Source: an uncultured virus (IMG/VR IMGVR_UViG_3300042564_007246)
Lineage: Duplodnaviria; Heunggongvirae; Uroviricota; Caudoviricetes
Direction: 5' to 3' (one strand)
Virus record (IMG/VR): IMGVR_UViG_3300042564_007246
Length of the DNA: 64,000 nt
The position numbers and the translations under genes are program-made. The notes beneath the pieces are model-generated. The model was not told where the DNA came from. It ran no database searches and saw only the letters and a list, made by a program, of their open reading frames with translations. Of this stretch, positions 1 to 9,854 are shown piece after piece (positions within the stretch are counted from its first letter, which is position 1; each line of letters starts with the position of its first letter).

Positions 1-1772
1 CATTCTTCTTCATTTCTACCATCAACATCAACTTGCCAATGTCTCTTTCCAAAATATAATGTTGTCCGGTTATTTATTATTTTATCGGTGAAAACTTTAT
101 TTAGATTGTCAGGAAATGGACCTACAAAATTTGAAAGAGTAGAAATATTTTCTACCAAATAAACGCCAAAATCAAAATTTTGTAAACTGTATTTTATTTC
201 TATATTTGTATTATCTATTTCAATTTTGCTAATTCTTGTCAATCCAAAATAATCACTATTGGTTCTTTCTTGACTTGCAACAGTTGTAAATGTTCTGTCT
301 GTTGGCAAAAGTCTAGGATAGGGATTGTCTTGCACATCAACAAGTGATGTTTTATTTGTTGGAGAACATAGATCTATTCTAAATCTAGTAAATTGTGGCG
401 TTGCTTCTATTGGATATGTTTTTATGTCATTGGGTAAACAAGTGATTGAAACAACTCCAGATTGATTTGATGAATTTTTAGATTTTACATCAATCTCTAA
501 ATATCTATATGAATTAAAATTTCTAAATCCTCCATATATTGAAGGTGAATAATCTCTCAAATTACTTTTTATGCCAGAAGGTCTAACAGAAACAATGCCT
601 AGATTAACAGAAACTTCTTTAGCATGTTTCATATTTAATGCTATGCCATGAATACCCCTGAACATCAAACGAGTATAAAATTTATCATCTAAATTTGTAT
701 CTAATGTTGAAGAATCTATTTTACAACTTATCTGTGTTTTGGGGACAGTGTCTCTGCTAAAAGTTTTTTTACTACCACGCAAATCAGATAGAATATTGAA
801 TTTTTCAAAAAGATATTTACACTCTGTAATTTTTCCAGTATCAACTAAAGAAATTGTTGGTTCAATACCTGTACCTGCAATTAAAACATTTATTTTATTT
901 GGATATGGTTTGTCAAAAGCATTAATTCTTCCAAATATTCTTGCATTTCTATCAAGATACAATGTCAAATCTGTAAATGCAGTAGCACTTCCGCTAGGTA
1001 TATCAAGTTTTGTTCTTACTAAATCTGCACCATTCCAAGTTGTTTCTGAGTTGCCTTCTATGTGTCTAAAAGATTTTCCATCTTTGTCATTGATTTCTTT
1101 CTTTTCATTGTAAGGTACGTCAACTTTTACTCCATTTAATGTAACTCCATTAAGATTGGCAACTATTACTGGATTTGTATTACCTTGAACACTTAATAAA
1201 TGATAGTATCGAAATCTATGCTCAACATTTATTAAAATGTTATTTTGATTATTCTGCTCAGTATTTAAAGTTATTCTGTCAGTAAGTGGGTTTGGTCCAA
1301 TTTGAACAGTAACATTTTGAGAAGGTCTTAATAATACAGTTTCATATTGTCTATAATCAGTTTTGAGTGGACTAGTTTGATTAGAAGTTTCTGTAACATC
1401 GTATTTTATAGCTGTTAGAGCTTGAGAAAAATAAGTCCATGTTATTGGCACTGTATATGAAAAATTTTGAAACTGACCACCGGATTGACCTGACGGTACT
1501 GATCTAGATGATTCAAAATAACCACCATATAAATCAGTGACTGAAACTGTGACCTTGATCCTGATTCCCCAAAAACCATTATTTCTACTAATCAATGGCT
1601 CGGAAATAATTCTCATTAAATTGCCAAATTGATCTGTGAACTCAATTTTAGAAACTTCTAATTTCGTTTCTATAGCTCCAGTATTTCGATTTATAGTATA
1701 CGAAGCACTACCGCTACCTGTTGCTAGACATGTAGATGTTCTTGTAGTGTCAGTAAATGTGATGGTAGCCAT
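1..1772 (-). CDS. Partial large Thr/Ser/Asn-rich protein, probably virion structural (runs off the window start)
   Basis: Absent from the ORF track. ATG at 1772 lies just after the stop of 1774..2805. Hand translation gives MATITFTDTTRTSTCLATGSG..., and the same frame is still open at the window edge (...LYFGKRHWQVDVDGRNEEE). Confidence 0.8.
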   Translation of the reverse strand, partial: MATITFTDTTRTSTCLATGSGSASYTINRNTGAIETKLEVSKIEFTDQFGNLMRIISEPLISRNNGFWGIRIKVTVSVTDLYGGYFESSRSVPSGQSGGQFQNFSYTVPITWTYFSQALTAIKYDVTETSNQTSPLKTDYRQYETVLLRPSQNVTVQIGPNPLTDRITLNTEQNNQNNILINVEHRFRYYHLLSVQGNTNPVIVANLNGVTLNGVKVDVPYNEKKEINDKDGKSFRHIEGNSETTWNGADLVRTKLDIPSGSATAFTDLTLYLDRNARIFGRINAFDKPYPNKINVLIAGTGIEPTISLVDTGKITECKYLFEKFNILSDLRGSKKTFSRDTVPKTQISCKIDSSTLDTNLDDKFYTRLMFRGIHGIALNMKHAKEVSVNLGIVSVRPSGIKSNLRDYSPSIYGGFRNFNSYRYLEIDVKSKNSSNQSGVVSITCLPNDIKTYPIEATPQFTRFRIDLCSPTNKTSLVDVQDNPYPRLLPTDRTFTTVASQERTNSDYFGLTRISKIEIDNTNIEIKYSLQNFDFGVYLVENISTLSNFVGPFPDNLNKVFTDKIINNRTTLYFGKRHWQVDVDGRNEEE

Positions 1773-1773
1773 G

Positions 1774-2805
1774 TTAGGAATTCAAGAAAGATTTAAACAT
1801 TGTTTTTATTTCAGCTTTTGTTTTTGCTTCATGTACTTGCAATGCTTTTTCAGTGTGAGATTCTAGTTTGTTTTCAAAATAAGATATAACTTCATTCTTA
1901 ATATTATTTACTTCTATCTTAGTTATATTCTCTGTTTTTATTTTATTTTCCAAAACATTTACCATATTAGTTACAGATTCTAAAATTTCAGTCTTTATCT
2001 CGGTTATGTAATTTTGAGTTATATTTTGAATTGTAAATCTGACAGATTTATTTTTATTTAAAATACTATTCTTAAAACTAACATTTTTTGAGTTGTATAC
2101 ATATTTTGAATTTTCCAGTGATATATTATTCTGTGTAGTATTGAAAATATTATCTATTTCATTATTTATCAAATTTTCAGTATTATTTTGATTATTTGTT
2201 ATATTTTGACTATTCAATGATTTGGGATTTAATGGATCAAAGCCATAATCTTTGGCATTTTCTGTCATTGGTAAATTGAGGATCTCATTTGTTGATGAGG
2301 TACCTTGAGAGAAATACCTCTCATTTAATAATAAAATTACATATTTGTTTATTTTATCAATTACAGATAGAGATCCATAATCATATTTTTTAGTATTTGC
2401 TAAGTCAATAAAATTATTTTCAAAATATTTCAATAACTCAAGTGCTTCATCTGCAATATATGGAATATCTTGAATCTCTTCTTCACTAGAATTTTCAATA
2501 AATGGATAAGATTTTGCAATATCATTAGATGATCTGAGCAAAATACTAGATTTATTTATGTTATTGAAAGGATTTAATCTAAGTAAAGATTCTGGTTTAG
2601 TTATATGTTTATGTTCTGGTAAAGAAAAATCATCAGGATTGTCCGATGATCCAGCAGTATATTTGTCTAATGCTAAAATTTGTGTAGAATAATTTTCGTC
2701 AATAATAAAATTTATAAATGGCTCTAATCCATTTAAATCAAGAAAAGCATCTGATTGATAAGATAATTTTTCATAACTTACCATTTCGATGCTTTCTTTT
2801 TTCAT
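1774..2805 (-). CDS. Hypothetical Asn/Ile-rich protein with coiled-coil-like C-terminus
   Basis: 343-aa ORF closely abutting both neighbours; no recognised motif. Confidence 0.75.
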   Translation of the reverse strand: MKKESIEMVSYEKLSYQSDAFLDLNGLEPFINFIIDENYSTQILALDKYTAGSSDNPDDFSLPEHKHITKPESLLRLNPFNNINKSSILLRSSNDIAKSYPFIENSSEEEIQDIPYIADEALELLKYFENNFIDLANTKKYDYGSLSVIDKINKYVILLLNERYFSQGTSSTNEILNLPMTENAKDYGFDPLNPKSLNSQNITNNQNNTENLINNEIDNIFNTTQNNISLENSKYVYNSKNVSFKNSILNKNKSVRFTIQNITQNYITEIKTEILESVTNMVNVLENKIKTENITKIEVNNIKNEVISYFENKLESHTEKALQVHEAKTKAEIKTMFKSFLNS

Positions 2806-2807
2806 AT

Positions 2808-5800
2808 TTACTTATTGTGCTTAGGATTTTTCTTTTTTTCTTCTTCTTCTACTTCTTGTACAGTTTGATCCAAATGTTCTTCTGGATTTTCAAAAATATC
2901 ACCATATCCTGGCAATAACTCATCCCAGTACTCAAAAGTTTCATCTTTTGGATCTTCTTTTGCAACCTTTACAAACTTGTTATTTTCAGAAGCGAAAGAT
3001 GTCAATGATCCAAGACTTGAAGGGTTTGTCAATAGTTCAAGATAAACGCCTTCTAATTTGGAAAGATTTGTTTGACTTGTTTGTAGTGCATCTTGTAAAC
3101 TAGACATTTCATATTCATCAATTTGAGCTTGTGTTTCTGGAGATGGTTTTATTTTTGCACCAATACCTGGTTGTTTAGAAATATCATCAAAGTATTTATC
3201 AAGTCCAATTTTCTCAATAATACTTTGTGCTTCTGCAGTTTGTGCCTGAGCAGCTTCTTCTTGATATTCTTTTAATTTTTTATCAAGTTGAGCTGTGACT
3301 GCATCTCTTAATTGAACATCGGAAATACTGAGTATTTGATTCCTAAGAAAACTCAACTTTTCTGAGCTGTAATTCAAATGTAAGTAAGGAACACCTGCAC
3401 CAATAGAATCATATTCAAAACCCATCTCTTTTAAGAGATTAGCTAATTTACTATTCGCCTTGTTAGCTAATTCTTGTGGAGATAAAGCTCTTGGTTGCTG
3501 AACTTTCTTTTTTCCTAATGCTACATCAAGAGATTCCAGTGGATTGGGCAATTTAGGTTGCGGTAATGCACTTTGAGCTTCAGTGATAAGATTAGAGAAT
3601 CTAAAACCTTGTAATTCTTTATTTGATGCTACTAAATTTTGCGGAATAACTCCAGGTTGAGGTTCTTGGATTTGTGGAGCAGTAACAGGAGATTTTGCTA
3701 TTTGTGTATTATAAAATTTCTTAAATGCATCTGGGTCTTTAGACAATATTGAAGACATGATCTTTTCTTTATTATTTTTTTCAAGATCTATTAAATTTTG
3801 CAATGCTCCTAAAACACCACCAGGTCTCATGATCATGTTGGCAACATTAATTCCAATACCAAGAAGATTTTGCATATCAGGTATTTGTGATTTTAATTGT
3901 CTTAAAACCAATTGAGATTTTTGATAATTGTCAGCAAATAAAGTGAATGATTTGTATTTTCTTAATTTTGCTAAGAAAAACTCTCTTAAATCTTTACTAA
4001 CTTCAGCTTTTAAATCAAGAAGATTACTTGTTGATAAAATTTTATTTTTACCATACATTTCCATTGCTCTTTGCTTTAAATTGTCAATAAGATTATTTTC
4101 ATATTGAATAATTTTTGTAGCATCAAGAACTAGATTGTAATACTCTTGGTATTCTCTTTTTATTTCTTCAGGTGGAGCACTTGCTATACTTGATAAATCT
4201 TTTCCTCTAGAAACTTCACCTTCAATTCTTGCAGATAATGCAGATTCGAAATTACTGATTACCTGTTTGACATTTTGTCTGTATTGTTCTAAAGTTACTA
4301 AAGTTTTAGATTCAGACTGGGATGCCCCTAATGCTTCAAACATTTTGGCTGATCTTTGTACTTGCTGTGGAGTAAGTTGATTCTTTGGTAAGTTTCTTCC
4401 TAAAACTCTTGGTGCAGTGGCATATGCATACTGTTGAAATAATAACCAACCAGAAGCTGCTAAACCTAAGGCTCCAGAAATATCACCACTTAAAAATGCA
4501 TTAAGTACACCCAAACCACCCACTACAGTAAGCGCTGCATCAAAAAAAGGATCAGTAGTTGGATTAGGAGCTGCTATACTCTGAGATACTTTTATAAACT
4601 TATTATTATTATTAGCGTTTGCTTTTTTAGAACTTATGCTTTGGAGTTGTAATTCAGAACCAGTTCTACTTATCTCAGGGAAAAATTTTAATTCAAACTG
4701 CTTTGAATTCATGGTAGGAAGTTCTTTTAAGATAGAACTTAAAGAGCTAACCGTTCTTGAGAATGTTTTTGTAGTAGCAGCTAAATTTTGATTTTTGCTA
4801 GTCACAGCAAGAACTTTATTAATATCTGCAATCAAAAGTGTCAATGTTCTTTGAACATTAGGTTTGTTTTTATTAAATACAGATTCTGACTCTGCAGTTG
4901 TTTGTTGTACTGCAGCTGGCTTTTGTAAAGGAGATCCTTGTGTTCGAGGGGCATTTACTTTTGGCAAAGCTGGGGCAGTAAAACCTTGAGCTATCTTAAC
5001 ACTGCTGGTAACTTTTTTAACATCTGGTATATTTTTTCTTCTATCATAAGTTGGTATTGCTGTTTGATCACCTTGAATACCACTTAGGAATTGATCTTTA
5101 TACTCTTGCCCTAGTTTTAACTCTCTAAATAATCTACCGAACATTTTTAATCTAGGGTTTGTTTGAGAGTCTCCAAATATTTTTGCTACTTCTTGAATTG
5201 CAGCAATTTCAGCATTTACAAATTCATTGCTTTCCATCATGTCAGCAATTGCTTTTTGCTGATCAGCAATCTCTAGTGCTCTTATTTTTTTATTGATATT
5301 GAATTGATAATCTCTTCTTAGAACTTCATAATCTTCAGCTTTTCTCAATGTTGCTAAACCAATAACGTCTTGCATAAGATTGAATGCATCCATATCCTTG
5401 CCAAATAACAATGGATTGTTCATATATTCGTCAGCATTTCCCATAAATGCTGATATTAAGATATCAAACACAGGTATAGCTCTAAACTTAGATTGAAGAC
5501 TAGCTGCATCTTCTAATATTCTTGAAGTAAGTTGAGGGTTTTGAATTGTTTTATAATGAAAAAGAGCAAAATCTAAAACTGTATTTAAGCTCTGTCCACT
5601 CTTGTATGAAGCGTTGATACCTTCATTACAAATGTCGATAAAATCTTCAAAAGGAATACTATACTCTGACAAACCTTTTGTAATAATTTTTATAACATTA
5701 TCTTCAGAAGTTAATGTTAATAGTCTACTAATTAAAACATCTCTTTTTTGAAGATCGGCAGCAGTTAATTGAGCCAGTTGACCTCTTTTTGCAGCAAGCT

Positions 5801-6008
5801 CCAAAAGCATCTTATTTACAGAATCAACGCCAGATGATCTAGAGGGTGCCTTTGTTCCTTTTTCTTCTTTTGGTTCTTTTTCTAGATTTTCTTTCTGAAT
5901 TTTCTCAAGCTCTTCTAGTCGTTCTTCAACGGTTTTAGTATCTTCTGCTAACCTTTTATTAGATGAATGAGAACCAAAAAGGATATTGTTGCTGTTATCG
6001 AAATTCAT
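2808..6008 (-). CDS. Large helical virion protein with a central hydrophobic segment (ejection- or tape-measure-like)
   Basis: 1066 aa, Q/K/L/A-rich. Hydrophobic stretch AALTVVGGLGVLNAFLSGDISGALGLAASGWLLF. Several K-x-A/S motifs. Function is inferred. Confidence 0.55.
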   Translation of the reverse strand: MNFDNSNNILFGSHSSNKRLAEDTKTVEERLEELEKIQKENLEKEPKEEKGTKAPSRSSGVDSVNKMLLELAAKRGQLAQLTAADLQKRDVLISRLLTLTSEDNVIKIITKGLSEYSIPFEDFIDICNEGINASYKSGQSLNTVLDFALFHYKTIQNPQLTSRILEDAASLQSKFRAIPVFDILISAFMGNADEYMNNPLLFGKDMDAFNLMQDVIGLATLRKAEDYEVLRRDYQFNINKKIRALEIADQQKAIADMMESNEFVNAEIAAIQEVAKIFGDSQTNPRLKMFGRLFRELKLGQEYKDQFLSGIQGDQTAIPTYDRRKNIPDVKKVTSSVKIAQGFTAPALPKVNAPRTQGSPLQKPAAVQQTTAESESVFNKNKPNVQRTLTLLIADINKVLAVTSKNQNLAATTKTFSRTVSSLSSILKELPTMNSKQFELKFFPEISRTGSELQLQSISSKKANANNNNKFIKVSQSIAAPNPTTDPFFDAALTVVGGLGVLNAFLSGDISGALGLAASGWLLFQQYAYATAPRVLGRNLPKNQLTPQQVQRSAKMFEALGASQSESKTLVTLEQYRQNVKQVISNFESALSARIEGEVSRGKDLSSIASAPPEEIKREYQEYYNLVLDATKIIQYENNLIDNLKQRAMEMYGKNKILSTSNLLDLKAEVSKDLREFFLAKLRKYKSFTLFADNYQKSQLVLRQLKSQIPDMQNLLGIGINVANMIMRPGGVLGALQNLIDLEKNNKEKIMSSILSKDPDAFKKFYNTQIAKSPVTAPQIQEPQPGVIPQNLVASNKELQGFRFSNLITEAQSALPQPKLPNPLESLDVALGKKKVQQPRALSPQELANKANSKLANLLKEMGFEYDSIGAGVPYLHLNYSSEKLSFLRNQILSISDVQLRDAVTAQLDKKLKEYQEEAAQAQTAEAQSIIEKIGLDKYFDDISKQPGIGAKIKPSPETQAQIDEYEMSSLQDALQTSQTNLSKLEGVYLELLTNPSSLGSLTSFASENNKFVKVAKEDPKDETFEYWDELLPGYGDIFENPEEHLDQTVQEVEEEEKKKNPKHNK

Positions 6009-6011
6009 TTC

Positions 6012-6194
6012 TTATTCTGTCTTAGCAATAATTTTATATGTGGAAGTGGAACAATGTGGGCATTTGCCTTGTAAAGCATGCCTGTTGCTCTTGAAGACTA
6101 CTTTTTTAGGTGCAACTGTAGATACCATAGTTCTACATTTTACACAATACATTGGGTGAGTTACTGTACCGTCTTCTAATTTTTCTGATGCCAT
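6012..6194 (-). CDS. Small zinc-ribbon protein (DUF5679-like)
   Basis: YCVKCR...NRHALQGKCPHC...YKI pattern. Start moved to ATG 6194 because GGGAGA precedes it. Confidence 0.75.
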   Translation of the reverse strand: MASEKLEDGTVTHPMYCVKCRTMVSTVAPKKVVFKSNRHALQGKCPHCSTSTYKIIAKTE

Positions 6195-6216
6195 ATTATT
6201 CTCCCGTAAAATTAAT

Positions 6217-6241
6217 TTCATAAATTATTGTACAAATACCT
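6217..6241 (-). promoter_or_regulatory. Putative phage late promoter (AGGT-N16-ATGAA variant), overlapping a TTGTACAA palindrome
   Basis: Same spacing as the elements at 46195, 50485, 57710 and 13181. Confidence 0.45.
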
Positions 6242-6259
6242 TTAACCAGTAGAACCGAA

Positions 6260-6607
6260 ATGCCAAGATACGAGTATATTTGCAATTGCCACTTTGAACC
6301 TAAAACTTATGTTATTAACTTATCTTTTAGTGATTATAAACCTGAGATTCCTTGTCCTTGTGGCGATGGAGTAGCTAAAAGAAAATTTTCTTCATTCTCA
6401 GTACAAGAAGGGTTAACGTCTAATGAAAAGAAATTTGGCACAACGTCAAATAGAAAAAATATGGCAGACTTTATGAAGGATCAAAAGACTGTAAGAAAAT
6501 CTTCATATGCACCTGATACAAGAGAATCTGTATCAAATGAAATTTGGTTGGGTAAGGAAGGCTTAGATGGCATCACTTCTATGCCTATCGAAAGGAAAAA
6601 AGATTAA
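6260..6607 (+). CDS. FmdB-family-like zinc-ribbon protein
   Basis: N-terminal MPRYEYICNC...CPCG...KRKFS pattern. Confidence 0.7.
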   Translation: MPRYEYICNCHFEPKTYVINLSFSDYKPEIPCPCGDGVAKRKFSSFSVQEGLTSNEKKFGTTSNRKNMADFMKDQKTVRKSSYAPDTRESVSNEIWLGKEGLDGITSMPIERKKD

Positions 6608-7401
6608 TGGAAAATAACGAACCTGAATCATTTATTATTCAAAATGTCACTCTAAGTCCACACTACGTCAGCGATATCAGATTGCAATTTGATCCTCTGG
6701 CTGTGATTGATCTCACTTGGGAAGAATCTAAAGCTGTAAAGGCATCGAAAGATTTAAGAAACTCCTTGAGAACTGGTGTTCTAAGAAAGATTACACAAGA
6801 TCAATGGGAAAAGATTCTTGAAAAGCAAACTATTCGTGAAAAAAAAGAGCTTCTTAAGCAACAAGACTTTGAAAATCTTAGAACTATTGATGTAGATGGA
6901 GAAGAAAAGCAAGTTGAAATTATTGATCTTCAAAAGGGAAATTCTTCAAAAGAAGCAGCAGTTTCTACGTCTGGATATGCGAATGACTCTATGAGTTATG
7001 CTTTAGCACTAGACATTGCTCAACAACAAGCAGAACTTCGTGGAGACGAATTGTCTGTTGAAGAGTTTGCTGAACAAGTAAAGAATAATGCACATCTTGT
7101 TCCTACATTGATCAAGCAAGCAAGAAATTTATCTGAAAACTCTTCTGTTTCAGGAGATGCTAGGAAGGGTAAAGCATATGTTGCATATCAAGCTGAACAA
7201 AATGCTGGCACATCAGTAAAACAAATGAATATGACAAATTTTAACAGAGATGGTTATGTTGCTAATGGATCAGATAGTAATAATATTCCTATCAAAGATG
7301 CATTGGATATTGAAGCATATGATGACATGCCAATTGCAGAAGCTATCGATCTAGAAGGCGAATCTGGAGATGATGAAAAGGGCTCTGTACGTAGACTTTA
7401 G
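6607..7401 (+). CDS. Hypothetical acidic protein
   Basis: 264-aa ORF, TAATG overlap with the upstream gene, followed by a terminator. Confidence 0.8.
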   Translation: MENNEPESFIIQNVTLSPHYVSDIRLQFDPLAVIDLTWEESKAVKASKDLRNSLRTGVLRKITQDQWEKILEKQTIREKKELLKQQDFENLRTIDVDGEEKQVEIIDLQKGNSSKEAAVSTSGYANDSMSYALALDIAQQQAELRGDELSVEEFAEQVKNNAHLVPTLIKQARNLSENSSVSGDARKGKAYVAYQAEQNAGTSVKQMNMTNFNRDGYVANGSDSNNIPIKDALDIEAYDDMPIAEAIDLEGESGDDEKGSVRRL

Positions 7402-7423
7402 AAATTTGAAGTAGACGAAGTTT

Positions 7424-7450
7424 AAAAGGCTACCGTTGAGTAGCCTTTTT
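7424..7450 (+). terminator. Intrinsic terminator
   Basis: AAAAGGCTAC-cgttga-GTAGCCTTTTT hairpin with T-tract. Confidence 0.75.
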
Positions 7451-7465
7451 CAATTGGAGATAACG

Positions 7466-8584
7466 ATGTCAGATATACAACAATTTTCTTTTTCACAAAG
7501 TCCATTAGTTTACTACAATACTAATTCAACAAATCCAGGAATTTATCTTGAATGGGAAAGGTACAATATCACTGACACATATGCTTACAATGTTTACAAA
7601 AGTGCTACTTTTGAAGGAACAATAGGCAATGAATATACACTTCTGACTACAGTCCCTTATCCTATAAATGAGATGGTAGATGGTTATGGAAGTCCAAACA
7701 ATTACTACAGAATTCAAGAAGTAGACAATCAAGGAAATCAATTAAATGTTGGGCAACCTATTGGTGGTGATGAACTTCTTATAAAATCAAGCCTAAGATA
7801 CGAACTTGAACATTTATTGAATATACCAATCTACGATGAAGAATTGATATTTTATGGATCTAGGACAAAAGCAACATCTGCATTTCCTTTTTGGAATTAT
7901 TACCCTAGACCTGAAATAAGAATTACAGGATTTTCAAATGAAGGAGATAGGGATGCTCTTATTCATTTATCTGAAGTAGAACCTACCTTCAAAACTATAA
8001 ATGCAGGATACGAACCAATTGAGTATTCTAGAGATGGAAATGTTGTTGAATACCCTGGTGGAAACAACTACAATGAGGGTCTTTTATATAAATGTGACTA
8101 TATGGGCAATGTTTACTTTGTAGATCAAAGAGAAAGAGCATATGCAATTCATCCATATGACACTGTTTTTGCATCTTACACAATTAGAATGTTTACAAGT
8201 CAACACATGAACAGTGCATTAAATATGGCATTACAAACTATAAATGCCCAACCTGGTTCTAGTAAATATCCTACTGTAGCATCTGCTCCTTTTTATTATG
8301 ATCCTGCTATAGTTTTTGGTGCATGTTATTACTTACTAAGAGCACTATTAGTATCTCTTACAGGAAGACAAAGAAGATTATTGTTAGAAGATCCTGATGC
8401 TAAAATTATTGACGAATTAAGAAGTACTGCTACTATGTACAAAGAAGACTTCGATAAACAACTTGAAAAACTTCCAATTGCAAGATATCCGGGTGTCAGA
8501 GGTATTGTTGTACCAGAGTTCAATATGCCTGGTGGTAGATCAAGATTCTTCAGATACATATGGAACCTTGGTACTGGTGGCTAG
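7466..8584 (+). CDS. Putative neck/head-completion protein with N-terminal Fn3-like domain
   Basis: Fn3-like pattern LEWE...YNVYKS...YYRIQEVDNQGN and a helical adaptor-like C-terminus (PAIVFGACYYLLRALL). Start moved to ATG 7466 after GGAGA, because the track start lies inside the terminator. Confidence 0.5.
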   Translation: MSDIQQFSFSQSPLVYYNTNSTNPGIYLEWERYNITDTYAYNVYKSATFEGTIGNEYTLLTTVPYPINEMVDGYGSPNNYYRIQEVDNQGNQLNVGQPIGGDELLIKSSLRYELEHLLNIPIYDEELIFYGSRTKATSAFPFWNYYPRPEIRITGFSNEGDRDALIHLSEVEPTFKTINAGYEPIEYSRDGNVVEYPGGNNYNEGLLYKCDYMGNVYFVDQRERAYAIHPYDTVFASYTIRMFTSQHMNSALNMALQTINAQPGSSKYPTVASAPFYYDPAIVFGACYYLLRALLVSLTGRQRRLLLEDPDAKIIDELRSTATMYKEDFDKQLEKLPIARYPGVRGIVVPEFNMPGGRSRFFRYIWNLGTGG

Positions 8585-8587
8585 TTT

Positions 8588-9244
8588 ATGAATTTGATAA
8601 TTTGTGATTCTAAAAATATACATCTAATAAATAAAATAAAAATAGATGGTAAGAAAAACAAACTAATCATTGTGGGTGATAGAAATAAGAACTTTTATCT
8701 GATTTGCAAAAATGTCAAGTTTGTATCATGCATAACTGACATACTTAAATTAAAATCAAAATATCATAAATATATTTTTATAGATAAAATTCAATATATG
8801 GACCCAGAGTTGATAAATAAAATAAAATATTTATCGCCTGGGTCTTTTTATGCTTCAAATTTTTTTGGAGATGACGAATTGTATATCATGCAAGTAATGG
8901 GTTTTTTACCAGATATTCTTACTGGCAATTGGCACAATGAATATATAAATAGATGTAACTTATCAAAAACAGATTTAAAATTTGATTTTTTAGAAAAATA
9001 TATCTTTACTAAAAATAAAGAAATATTTAATTTTAACAAATACCATACTTTGAATCCAAGAAACATTTTGATTACTAATAAAATAAATAAAGTAAAAAAA
9101 TGCATAAATGGTACAAAAAATATATCAGATTTTATAAATAAATATCACTCTGAAGAAAAAATTTATCTTTTGGGAAATATATGGTCCTTAAATGATAATG
9201 AGGACCAAGAAGAATATGTCAATAGATTATATAAACTTCGATAA
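8588..9244 (+). CDS. Hypothetical protein
   Basis: 218-aa very AT-rich ORF in an operon with glycosyltransferase-like genes. Confidence 0.65.
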   Translation: MNLIICDSKNIHLINKIKIDGKKNKLIIVGDRNKNFYLICKNVKFVSCITDILKLKSKYHKYIFIDKIQYMDPELINKIKYLSPGSFYASNFFGDDELYIMQVMGFLPDILTGNWHNEYINRCNLSKTDLKFDFLEKYIFTKNKEIFNFNKYHTLNPRNILITNKINKVKKCINGTKNISDFINKYHSEEKIYLLGNIWSLNDNEDQEEYVNRLYKLR

Positions 9245-9851
9245 TACAAAATTTCTTATTTCTTCACATGTATCATCATTTGATTATGCACAAAAACTAC
9301 TTAAAGCATCTTTACTTAAAAATAACATTCCTGAAGAGAATATATATACTGTTGTAGCAGATACTGAAAATAATAAAATTGAAAATAATGTAATTTCAAC
9401 AGATCATAATTCATACGATCATACAGCAATTATTGAAATTGCAAAAAGAAATATATATTCAAAGTATTGGTTCATTATGCATGACACATGTGAATGTGGA
9501 AATCAATTTTACAATCTCTTAAAAAATAAAATTATTGTGAAAGATTATGTTGCTATGTCTGAAATGGCTTGGCTAAATATGGGACTATTTTCAAATAATT
9601 TCATTCAAGAAAATAAAAATTATATTTTATCTCTAGAAAATTGCAGCAAAAAGAGAGCTATTTTATCAGAACGTGTTTTTAGTAAACTTTGTGATTATGA
9701 CTTTTTCGGGTCACAAAGTGATGTTCAAACTATCAGAAACTGTAAAATTTACAATGATTCTAAAAAAAGAATTGCATTGTATTTTCCATATCTTGATTTT
9801 TATAAATATCAAAGTTATGAAGCACAAAAAATTATGGAGTTTAAGGAATAA
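9216..9851 (+). CDS. Putative glycosyltransferase-like (GT-A-like) protein
   Basis: NSYDHTAI...YWFIMHDTC segment resembles the GT-A DxD region. Start is uncertain (9192-9216). Confidence 0.45.
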   Translation: MSIDYINFDNTKFLISSHVSSFDYAQKLLKASLLKNNIPEENIYTVVADTENNKIENNVISTDHNSYDHTAIIEIAKRNIYSKYWFIMHDTCECGNQFYNLLKNKIIVKDYVAMSEMAWLNMGLFSNNFIQENKNYILSLENCSKKRAILSERVFSKLCDYDFFGSQSDVQTIRNCKIYNDSKKRIALYFPYLDFYKYQSYEAQKIMEFKE

Positions 9852-9854
9852 AAT

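Noticed and set aside
739..2918. Small + strand ORFs (739..1113, 1636..1866, 2718..2918)
   Set aside because: Antisense to longer, coupled minus-strand genes; no RBS or recognisable motifs.
9182..9207. TGGTCCT...AGGACCA hairpin over the RBS of 9216..9851
   Set aside because: Only 7 bp with a long loop inside a coding region; chance cannot be excluded.
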